From: an uncultured Pseudomonadota bacterium | GTDB lineage: Bacteria; Myxococcota_A; Polyangia; Fen-1088 | Assembly: GCA_963847705.1 (NCBI GenBank) | Contig: CAWKBC010000027.1 | Coordinates: 832,001 to 896,000 of the forward strand | Direction: 5' to 3' | DNA length: 64,000 nucleotides | Part shown: positions 32,763 through 43,600 of the stretch, in pieces | Layout of the letters: every line of letters starts with the position of its first letter | Numbering within the stretch: position 1 is the stretch's first letter | Translations under genes and position numbers: made by a program | The notes under the pieces: model-generated | The model's input: only the letters and a program-made list of their open reading frames with translations | Told to the model about the DNA's origin: nothing | Database searches by the model: none

Positions 32763-34594
32763 GCGGCCCCCGCGGCGGTCGCCAGCGCCTCGGCGTCGAG
32801 CTCGGTGCGATAGAGTGAAGCGTAGAGGCCGCCCGCGCCCATCAGCTGCGCGTGCGTCCCCGATTCGACCACCCGCCCCCGATCGAGCACCAGGATCTGG
32901 TCGGCGTCCTTCACCGCGGCCAGCCGGTGGGCGATCAGGATCGACGTGCGCCCGGCCAGGATCGGCCGCAGGCGGGTGAGGATCTCCCGCTCGGTCTGGG
33001 CGTCGACCGACGACAGCGAGTCGTCGAGGATCAGGATCTTCGGCTCCGCCGCGAGCGCGCGCGCCAGCGCCACCCGCTGGCGCTGGCCACCCGAAAGGGT
33101 GAGGCCGCGCTCGCCCACCAGCGTGTCGTAGCCGTCGGGGAGGATGGCCAGATCCGGCACCAGGCCGGCCGCCTCCGCCGCGCGCTTGACGCGCTCGAGA
33201 TCGACGGTGTCACCGGGTGCGCCATCGCTGCGCGCCGGCACACCGAACCCGATGTTCTCCGCCACCGTCGCCGAGAACAGGAAGGCGTCCTGCGGCGCGT
33301 AGCCGATCTGCCCGCGCAGGGTGGCCAGCGGGATCTGCGTCAGGTCATGGCCGCCGATCTGGACCGCACCCGGCGCCACCTCGTGCATGCGGACCAGCGC
33401 GTCGACCAGCGTGGTCTTCCCCGCGCCGGTCGGACCGACGATCGCCAGCGTCGCGCCCGCCGGCAGCGAGAACGAAACGCCGTCGAGCAGCCGCCGTCCG
33501 TCGATCTCCACCGAGAGATTCCGCGCCTCGATCGAGGGCGAGGTGATGGTCACCGCGGCGCCAGGAACCACCGGCGCATCGGCAATGCGCGGGGCGGTCT
33601 CCAGGAGCTCGCGCACGCGCACCCAGCCGGCGATCCCCCGCTGCCAGATCCCGATGATCCAGCCGAGCGCGATGGTCGGCCACGACAGCAGGACCAGGTA
33701 GGCGTTGAACGCCACCAGCCCGCCGACCGTCATCCGCCCCAGGATCACCTCGCGTCCCCCGGCCCACAGCACGATCAGCGTCCCGGCGCCGCCGAGCACG
33801 GCGAAGAGCGGCGACAGCGTGCCGCGCGCCCGCACCAGCGCCAGCGAGCGGGTCAGGTACTCGTCGTTGAGCGCCCGGAACCTGGCCTCCCGGGTCGGCT
33901 CCAGCGTGTAGTGCTTGATGACCGCGATCCCGGCCAGGTCCTCCTGGATCGACGTCGACATGACTCCGAGCTGTTCCTGAATCTGACGGCTGGCGGTGTA
34001 CATCTTGCGCGAGAAGAGCCGCGCCCCGGCCAGGAGGGCCGGGTAGGGGAGCAGCGCGAACAGGGTGAGCCGCGGCGACAGGTGCACCAGCAGCCAGACG
34101 GTGGTCGCGTAGACCAGCGCGGTGTTGCAGAGGTTGAGCAACCCTGGCCCGAACATCGCCCGCACCGAGCCGAGGTCGTTGGTCAGCCGCGACATCACGT
34201 CGCCGGTCGGGTGCGCGCGGTAGAACCCGGCGTCGAGGCGCAGCAGGTGGCGAAAGACGTCGCCCCGCAGCCGGTACTCGACGTTCCGCCCCGCATTGAA
34301 GATGAAGATGCGCGACCAGGTCCGGATGACCGCCTGCGCGACGGCGAACCCGGCGATGAGCGCCGCGTTGCGCACCACCAGCGCGTGCAGCCCGCCGGCC
34401 GCCCGGGCCCCTCCGCGAAGGGCGTCGATCGCCCCCTTGATCAGCCAGGGGATCGTCAGGGAGAGGGCGTTGGTGGCGCCCAGGCAGAGGCAACCCAGCA
34501 GGAGGCCGGCCAGCTCCGGCCGCAACCTCGAGCGCAAGGACGGTCCCGAGGCAGGCCGGAGGGACGACACGCGCGCAAGTATCCGTGATCGCAT
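32759..34594 (-). CDS. ABC exporter, TMD-NBD half (degenerate Walker B)
   Basis: 'GPTGAGKTT', 'LSGGQRQR', 'LDDSLSSVD' (E to D), typical of heterodimeric YheI/YheH-type exporters. Confidence 0.93.
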   Translation of the reverse strand: MRSRILARVSSLRPASGPSLRSRLRPELAGLLLGCLCLGATNALSLTIPWLIKGAIDALRGGARAAGGLHALVVRNAALIAGFAVAQAVIRTWSRIFIFNAGRNVEYRLRGDVFRHLLRLDAGFYRAHPTGDVMSRLTNDLGSVRAMFGPGLLNLCNTALVYATTVWLLVHLSPRLTLFALLPYPALLAGARLFSRKMYTASRQIQEQLGVMSTSIQEDLAGIAVIKHYTLEPTREARFRALNDEYLTRSLALVRARGTLSPLFAVLGGAGTLIVLWAGGREVILGRMTVGGLVAFNAYLVLLSWPTIALGWIIGIWQRGIAGWVRVRELLETAPRIADAPVVPGAAVTITSPSIEARNLSVEIDGRRLLDGVSFSLPAGATLAIVGPTGAGKTTLVDALVRMHEVAPGAVQIGGHDLTQIPLATLRGQIGYAPQDAFLFSATVAENIGFGVPARSDGAPGDTVDLERVKRAAEAAGLVPDLAILPDGYDTLVGERGLTLSGGQRQRVALARALAAEPKILILDDSLSSVDAQTEREILTRLRPILAGRTSILIAHRLAAVKDADQILVLDRGRVVESGTHAQLMGAGGLYASLYRTELDAEALATAAGAA

Positions 34595-34698
34595 TCGGAT
34601 CTTCCTCTATCTTCGCGATTGAACCGCTCAAAGGCGTGGATCTATAGTCGTTAGTCTTTTTCTCTCTCTCGTCTCCCCTTCGCCGGGGCCCCGTCACC

Positions 34699-37600
34699 AT
34701 GTCCACCACCGTTTCGACAGCCCTCGCCGCCCTGCAGCTCCGTCCGGACGACGCGCAGGCCTTGCAGGCCCTCAAGACCGTTCACCCAGGCAACGGCGCC
34801 GGCATCGAGGCGGACGCGCTCTCGAAGGCGCTCGCCGACGCGCGCCGCTGGCACCGCGAGCACGCCGACTTCGAGCTCTGTCTGGAGCTCATCGATCTGG
34901 AGCTCGGGTTCACCACCGGCGACGCCCGGCGCGCCGACCTGCTGCACGAGAAGGGGCGGCTGCTCTCCGACGAGCTGCTCCGCGACGAGGCCGGCCAGGC
35001 GGCCGTGCAGCAGGCGCTGGAGGCGGTGCCCAACCACAAGGCGTCGGCCGAGTCGCTGGCGCAGATGACGCTGGTCCGCGCCAACTGGGAGCCGATCTCG
35101 CGGCGCTACCTGCAGCAGGCCGAGCAGGCCAAGGATCCCGCGCTCGCCTCCAGCCTGCACGGCTCGGTGGCGGAGTTCTATCTCAAGTACCGGCCGGCGG
35201 GCCCGGAGGGAGAGGCGCATCTGCGCAGGAGCCTCGAGCTCGACGCCGGCAACCGCCGCTCGGCGGCCCACCTCGAACGGATCCTGCGCGAGACCGGCCG
35301 GCGCGACGAGCTGCTCGCGCTCTACCGCCAGCGGGCTGAGCGCGCGCAGACCCGCGAGGAGCGGACGGCCGCCGAGATCCTGGCGGGCGAGCTGTGCGAG
35401 CAGCTGGGGCGCGGCCCCGAGGCCTTCGCCCATTTCAGGAAGGCGCTCGACGCCAACCCGTACGAGCCCCGCGCGCTGCAGGCTGTCCGCGCCGCGATGA
35501 CCGCCAGCGGGGCCTGGACCGATCTGGCCAAGGTGCTGGAGGCGGCGGCGCGGACCAAGCGCGGGGAGCAGGACGTCGCGCTGCTCACCGAGCTGGCGCT
35601 GCTCTTCGGCAATCAGCTCAAACAGCAGGACATGGCGGAGCCGTTCTTCCGCCGGGTCCGCAAGCTCGACCCCTCCAACCGCGAGATGGTCGAGTTCTAT
35701 CGGGCGTATCACACCGCGCGGAACGAGATGCCGCAGCTCCTGGCGGTGCTGGCGCAGGCCCAGAAGACCGAATCCGATCTCGACCGGCGCATCGCGATGG
35801 GGATCGAGATGGCGCGCGCCGCCGAGCAGCGGGCGCAGAACGCCGACAAGGCGATCGAGATCTGGAAGGGTCTCCTCCGCCTGCGGCCGCACCTGCCCGA
35901 GGCGGTGGCGTCGCTGCGCAAGCTCTACACGGCGACCGAAAAGTGGAACGCGCTGCTCGAGCTCCTGAAGGACGATCTCGACGCCGTCCCGGCCGGGGAC
36001 GTCGACGAGAAGATCAACCGTCACCTGGAAATCGTGGCCGTCTACCGCGATCGACTGAACCTCGATGTGATGGTGGTGACGACCTACCTCAACATCCTGT
36101 CGCTCAAGCCGGATCACCCGGCGGCGCTGGCGGCGCTGGCGGCGCGTTACGAGGCGCAGGGGCGCTACGGCGATCTGGTCCAGATCCTGGCGCGCCAGGC
36201 CGAGGCGGCGGCTGAGCCGGCGGCGCGGGTGGCGCTGCACCGGCGCATCGCCTCGCTGTGGGCCGACAAGCTGGGCAAGCACCAGAACGCCGTCGCCAGC
36301 TTCGAGAAGATCTTCGAGGCCGATCCGACCGACGCCGAGACCGGCGCGCGGCTCAAGGACCTCTACACCAAGGCCCGCGCCTGGCGGCCGCTCATCGAGC
36401 TTCTGCGCAAGGAGCTCCCGCACAGCAACGCGGCCGGCCGGCGCGCGCGCCTCTCGGAGATGGCGCGCATCGCGGGCGAGCGGCTCAACGACACCCGCGA
36501 GGCGATCGCGCTTTACAACCAGGTGCTGGCGATCGAGGCGCGCGACGAGGGGGCGCTCGCCGGGCTGGCGACGCTCTACGAGCGCGAACGACGCTGGCCG
36601 GCGCTGGTGGAGATCCTGGAGCGGCAGCGTCAGAACGCCGAGGGGAACGCGGCGGCCGAGCTGGCCCTGCTCGAACGGCGCGGCACGCTGCTCTACGAGC
36701 GGATGGCCGCCTCCGAGGCCGCCATCGATGTCTTCAAGCGAATCCAGGCGCTCGATCCCAAGAACGCCCGCGCCGCCCGCGCGCTGCGCGAGATCTACGC
36801 GCAGGCCGGCGACTACACCGCGCTCGAGGCGCTGTACGCCGAGCAGGGCGCCTTCGGCGAGCTGTGCGACCAGCTGACCTCACTGGCCGATCGCACGGCC
36901 GACATGGCGGCGCGCACCCGCTTGCTCGAACGGGTGGCGGCGCTCTCCCAGGAGAAGCTGAATCAGCCGGAGCGCGCGCTCAAGGCCTACGAGCGGATCC
37001 TGGCGACCGACCCCCGCAACCGCAAGGCGGCGCTGGCGCTGGTGCCGCTTTACCGGGCGGCGCAGAAGTGGCCGCGCCTCCTGGCGACCTACGAGGTGTT
37101 GCTCGGCCCGGCGGCGGCCGGCGACGGCGTGGGGATGGCCGAGCGGCTCGAGCTCTTCGCCGAGGCGCGCCGGATCTCCGAGCAGCGCCTCGGCTCGAAG
37201 GCGCTGGCCTTCCAGTGGTGCGCGCGCGCCTTCGAGGCGGCGCCCCAGAACCCCGACGTCCGGACCGACCTCGAACGGCTGGCGGGCGAAGCTGACGAGT
37301 GGGGCGCGCTGGCGGCGCCTCTACGAGACCCGCTTCGCCGTCTCGACCGACGCCGAGGAGCGGATCTGGCTCCTGCGCCGGGTGCTGCGCATCTCCGCCA
37401 CCCGGCTCTTCAAGCCGCAGGACACCCGCCGCGCCGCCGAGCAGATCCTGGCCGAGGTCGGCTACGACGAGGAGGCCGACGGCGCGCTCGAGACCGTTCT
37501 CACCCAGGCCAAGGCCTGGCCCGAGCTGGCCAAGCTGCTGCACGCCCGCGCCGATCGTGCGCCCGACGCGGCCGAGCGGATCAAGCTGCTGCTGCGCATC

Positions 37601-40600
37601 GCGCAGATCGAAGAAGAGCGGGTGGCCGATCTGGCCGCCGCCGCCGCCACCTGGGCGGCGATCCTCGACGTCGAGCCCGCCAACGAGCGGGCCCGCCGCG
37701 CGCTGGTGCGCGTCTCCGAGGCGCGTCAGGACTGGAACGGCGTCGTCGAGGCGCTGCGCGGAGATCTCGCCAGCCGCGGGGCACTGGCGCCGGACGCCTC
37801 GAAGGAGGAGGTCAAGGAGCGCGAGGAGCTGCTGCTGCGGATCGGGAACCTGCAGGAGACGCGGCTCAACGACGTCGACGCGACCTTCGCCTCGTACCGC
37901 GAGGTGGCCCAGGCCAACCCCTATTCAGCGCCGGCCATCGCCGGTCTCGAGCGGCTGGCGGCGGCCGGCCATCCCGAGCGGGCGGCGATCGCCCGCATGA
38001 CGTTGCCGCTCTACGAGCGGACCGAGAACGCCGCCAAGCTGGCCGACGCCAACGAGGTGCTGCTCTCGGTGGCCGACACGCTGGGCGAGCGGGTCGATCG
38101 GCTGGAGAGGTTGCGGGCGCTCTACGGAGGGCCGCTCAACGATCCGGCCAAGGCCTACCGGGCCAGCCTGGCGCTGTTCGAGATCGATCCCTCCGAGGTG
38201 TCGAACCGGGAGGCGCTGCTGGGGTTCGCTGCCGGCGCCGGCGTCACCGGCGAGCTCAGCGACAAGCTGCGGGCCGCGGCCGGCACCACGGAAGATCGCA
38301 ACCTGCGCCGCGACCTGCTGGTGGTCGTCGCCGAGCTCGAGGAGAAGCAGCCGGGACGGGCGCCGGAGGCGGAGAAGGTCTACGCGCAGATCCTCGCCTC
38401 CGAGCCGATGCACGCCGGCGCCTTCCGCGCGCTCGGGCGCCTCTACAAGGAGGGCGCGCGCTGGCCGGAGCTGCGGGCGCTCCTCGACACCCGCCAGCTG
38501 GCAGCGCTCGACGCGCGCGAGCGGCTGGATCTGCTGGCGCAGATCGCCGAGCTCGACGAGGCCTCGCTCGCCGACCCGGACCACGCGCTCGAGGCGTACG
38601 AGAAGATGCTGGAGCTCGATCCGTCCGACCTGCGCGCCCACCGCGCGCTCGAACGGCTCTACGCGGCCCGCGAGCGCTGGAGCGATCTCGAGGCGCTGCT
38701 GGGGACGCGGGTCGGCTTCGCCTCGGAGAGCGAAGTGCCGGAGCTGGAGTTCCGCCGCGCCGATCTGCGCGCCGGCACGGCTCGACAACGTCGCCCGGCG
38801 CGCTCGATCTGCTGGAGGGGATCGTCGAGGCGGCGCCCAGCCACGAAGGCGCCCGCCGGCTGCTGGAGAAGCTGCTGGCGGTCCCCGCCCAGCGCCAGCG
38901 GGTCGCGCAGATCCTGGCGCCGGTCTACGAGAAGAGCGGCGCCTGGGCCCGGCTGGCCGCGATCCTCGAGGTGCAGCGCGAGGTTCTGGAATCCACGGAG
39001 GCGGCCGCGCTGCTGGCACGGGTGGCCGACCTGCAAGAGAACAAGCTGCAGGCGCGGGCCGTGGCCCTCACCACCTGGCGCCAGGTGCTGGCTGCGGACC
39101 CGGAGAACCCCGACGCGCTCCCCGAGATCGAGCGTCTGGCGACGACGCTGGAACGCTTCTCCGAGCTGGTCGACGTCTATCAGGAGCTGGCCTTCCGCCG
39201 CGACGCCTCCGACATCAGCGGCCGCGCCGATCTGCTGTCACGCGCGGCAAAGCTCTACGCCGGGCGTCTCAACAACCGGCGGGCGGCCATCGACGCCTGG
39301 AAGCTGGTCCTCAACCTCGATCAGAACAACCTCCCCACCGCCGTGCCGGCCGCGGCGGCGCTGGAGGCGCTCTACGCCGAGACCAACGACGTCGCCAACC
39401 TGGTCAAGACGCTGCAGCTGCAGGCGCGCTGGGCCGACGGCGCGGAGCGGAAGAAGCTGCTGTTCCGCACCGCCGGGCTGGAGGAGAAGTCGCTGGGCGA
39501 CATCGAGGCGGCGGTGGCCACGCTGCGGACCATCCTCGAGGCCGACCCGCAGGACGGGACGGCGATCGATACGCTCGATCGGATCTTCGAGGCGGGGGCC
39601 AACCACCGCCAGCGGGTGGAGATCCTTCGCAAGCGGATCGGCCTCTCCGGCGACGCGTCGGCGCGGCAGGAGCTCTGGCGCAGCGTCGCCAGCCTGCTCG
39701 AAAAGGACGTGGGCGACGTCGACGAGGCGATCGCCGCCTGCGTCAGCATTCTCGACGAGAACCCCGAGGACGATCAGGCCCTCGAGACCCTGGCGCGGCT
39801 CTACGAGCAGCAGGGGCGCCACCGGGATCGGCTGGAGATCGTCGAGCGCCGGCTGGCGTTGCGGCCACCGAAGGATCCGCAGCGGCTCTTGCTCCTCAAG
39901 CAACTGGCCAACCTGCTGGGGGGCCCGCTCGGCGACCCGACCGGCGCGCTCGAGCGCTGGCGCGAGGTGCTGGAAGCGGCCCCCGAAGACGCCGAGGCGC
40001 TGGTGGCGCTGGAGCACTTCTTGGCGCCCGGCACCGACGCGGGGCTGCGGCTGGCGGCCGCGCAGGTGCTGGAGCCGATCTACGAGAAGGGCGGTCGCTA
40101 CGCCGCGCTGGCGGCGATCGTTCGCATCTACGTCGAGGCCGAGGCCGACGTCCGGGCGCGCCTCGGCGAGCTGGTGCGGCTGGCGGCGCTCGAGGAGACG
40201 CAGCTCGGCGACACCGAGGGGGCGCTGCAGACGACGGCGCTGGCGATCCGCGACGCCCTGACCGAGCCGGAGCTCCCGGCGTTGCTCGACGCCTACGAGC
40301 GCCTGGCCGGACCCCAGCGGCTGGCCGAGGTCACCACGCTCTACCGTGACATCAGCCCGGACGTCCTCGACGAGGCGCTCAAGCTCCGGCTCGATCGCAC
40401 CATCGCCGCCGCGGCGGCCGGGCAGGGGGATGCGGTGACGGCGGCCGACTACTACCGCCGCATCCTCGATCGCGTCCCCGACGACGACGGGACGCTCGCC
40501 GCGCTCGACACGATCTACCGGGGCAACGGCGACGCGCAGGCGCTCTACGAGATCCTCCTGCGGCGGGCGGAGCTGGCCAAGGAGCCGGCCATCGAGGGGG

Positions 40601-43600
40601 CGCTGCGCGTGCAGATCGGCGAGCTGGCGGAGACCAAGCTGGAGCGGCTCGACGACGCGATCTCCGCCTACGAGCGGGTGGTCGAGATCGTGCCCGCCGA
40701 TCGCATGGCGGGCCCTGCGCTCGATCGTCTCTACACCAAGGCCGAGCGCTGGAGCGATCTGATTCGCCTGCTCGGCGAGCTCTTGCAGCGCGGGCGGCGG
40801 CCGGAGAAGGAGCTGGTCGACCTCCGCTTCCGTCTGGCGCAGATCGAGCACGATCGGCGCGGCGATCGCGAGGCGGCGCTGGAGCACCTGAAGCTCGTTC
40901 TCTCGGACACGCCCGATCATGCCGGTGCCATCGCCATGCTCGAGGGGATGCTCGACGACGTGGGGGTGCAAGGGGCGGCGGCCACGCTGCTCGAGCCGGT
41001 CTACGCGGGACGCGGCGACTGGAAGTCCCTCATCAAGATTGGCGAGATTCGCCTGCTGCAGGTGGAGGACCCGGCTGAACGGCTGGGCTGGACCAAGCGG
41101 ATCGCCCGGCTCTACGAGGAGCAGCTGGAGGACTTCGACAGCGCGCTCCGCTGGTACGGGAAGGTCTTCCAGGAGGCGCCGACCGAGCGGCAGGCCACCG
41201 AGCCGCTGCTGCGCCTGGCCGACAAGCTCGATCGCTGGCAGGACGCGGCCAGCCTGCTGGCCAGCTATCTCGACAACGAGCTCAACGAGGAGCCGGCGGT
41301 GCTGGACATCGTGCGCCGCACCGCCGAGATCTTCGATCTGCGCCTGGGAGAGCGCCCGGAGGCCCAGAAGTACTACCGGCGGCTCTTCGACGCGCGCCCC
41401 GACGATCGCGCCACCACGCAGCTCTATGAAGCGGCGCTGGAGCGCTGGGGGGCCTGGGCGGAGCTGCGCGAGCTCATCGACGAGCAGGCCGGGCGGGCGC
41501 CGGATCCCACGGCGCGCGTGGCGCTCCTGCGCCGCAGCGCCAAGCTCGACGAAGAGAAGCTGGACGACGCGAACCGCGCGGTCGGGACGCTGCGCGAGGC
41601 GCTGGAGGTCGATCCGACCGATCGCAAGGCGGCCAGCGAGCTGGAACGGCTGCTGTCGCAGGCGGGCCGCTGGTCCGACCTGGCCGACCACCTGAACTCG
41701 AGCCTGGATCGCGAGCCGCTGGGGGCCGACAAGGACGCCGCCACGCTGCGCCTGGCGGAGATCCTGGCCAACCGGATCGGCGACACCACCAGCGCGGTCG
41801 ATCGCTACGCCGAGATCCTCTCCCGCCCGGCCGCCCCCCGCGACACCGCGGCAGCGGTCAGCGCCCTCGAGGGGATGGCCAAAGACGCCGACCAGCGCAC
41901 CCGCGTGGCGGTGATCCTGGAGCCGGTCTATCGCCGCAGCGGCGACCTCAACAAGCTGGTCGGCGCGCTCGACGCCCAGCTCGAATCGGCCGATGACCGG
42001 GCCGAGCGCGTGCGCATCCTCGGCGAGATGGCCGAGATTCACCAGCGCCTCGGCCGCCTCGATCTGGCGTTCGACTGCCGCAGCCGGGCCTGGCTGGCCG
42101 ACGTGGAGTCGATGGAGACGCTGGCCGCGATGGAGTCGCTGGGCCTGGGCGCCAAGCTGCACGCCCCGCTGGTCGTGGCGCTGCAAAGGGGGGCGGTCGA
42201 AGCGGTCGACCCCGACCTGCAGGCGCAGCTCTGGGCCGCCTCCGCCAAGCTGCTCGAGTCACCGCTCGGTCGCGCCGCCGAGGCCATCGAGGCGTGGCGC
42301 GCCGCCCTGGCCGCCCGGCCCGACGAGCGGGAGATCTTCCTGGCGCTCGAGCGCCTGCTGGCCGGCGCCGGCCGCCCGGGCGAGCTGGTGGAGATCCTCG
42401 AGCGCCACCTGGAGTTCGCCGTCGACGGCGACGAGCGCAAGGTCATCGCCAAGCGGATCGCCGTGCTCTACGAGGACGCGCTCAAGGAGTCCGAGCGTGC
42501 CGTGCGGGCCTGGGAGACGGTGCTGGAGATCGATCCCAACGAGGCGGAGGCGCTGGAGTCCCTGGCGCAGCTCCACCTGGCCGCCGGGGCCTACCGTGAG
42601 CTGGCCGAGGTCTACGCCCGCAAGATCGAGATCACCGACCGCGCCGACGAGCGTCGCATGCTCTTCATGCAGAGCGCCCGCATCTACGAGGAGAACCTCA
42701 GCGACCCGGATCGGGCCATCGAACAGCTGCGTGCGCTGCTGGTCGAGACCCCGGGCGACGGGGAGGCGCTGACCGATCTCGATCGGATCCTGACCGCCGA
42801 AGGGCGCCAGACCGAGCTGGTCGAGGTGCTGGACGCGCGCGCCGCCGGGGTCCAGGACCCCGCCGCGCGCGACGAGCTCGCCTTCCGCGCGGCACGCCTG
42901 GTCGAGACCGAGCTGGGCGACGTCGAGGGGGCGATCGGTCGCTACGCCAAGATCCTGGCCCGGGCGCCCCAGCATCCCGGGGCGCGCGACGCGCTCTACA
43001 CGATCGCGCGCGGCGATGACTACCGGCTCTCCGCGGTCGCGGTCCTCGAGCCGATCGAGCGGGCCGGCAAGGCCTGGGACGGGGTGATCGAGCTTCTCGA
43101 GCTGCGCCTGGCCGTCGAGGACGCGGTCCCCGCTCGCCTGGCGCTGCTCGCCGAGATCGCCCGGATCGAGGAGACCGAGCGGCGCGACGTGCAGATGGCG
43201 TTCGCCGCCTGGGCGCGGGCCCTGACCGAGGACGCCACCGTCGACGAGCCGCGCGAGGCGCTGGAGCGCCTGGCGGCGGCTCACCGGGACTGGGCGCGGC
43301 TGGCCGACGTCTACGCCGAGCGCATGGACGCCACCTTCGACGCCGGGCTCCAGCGCACGCTGGCCATGCGGCTGGCGTCGCTCTACGAGAACGAGCTCTC
43401 CGATCTGAACCGCGCGGCCGACCACCTGCGCAAGGCGCAGTCCCTGCCCGGCGACGAGGAGCCGGTCCTGGCCGCGCTGGAGCGGATCCTGGGCAAGCTC
43501 GGCGAGCACGACGAGCTTGCGCAGGTGCTGGCGCGCGAGGCGGAGCTGGCCAACGAGCCGAGCGCGCAGGCCGATTTTCTGGCGGCGCTGGGGACCTTGC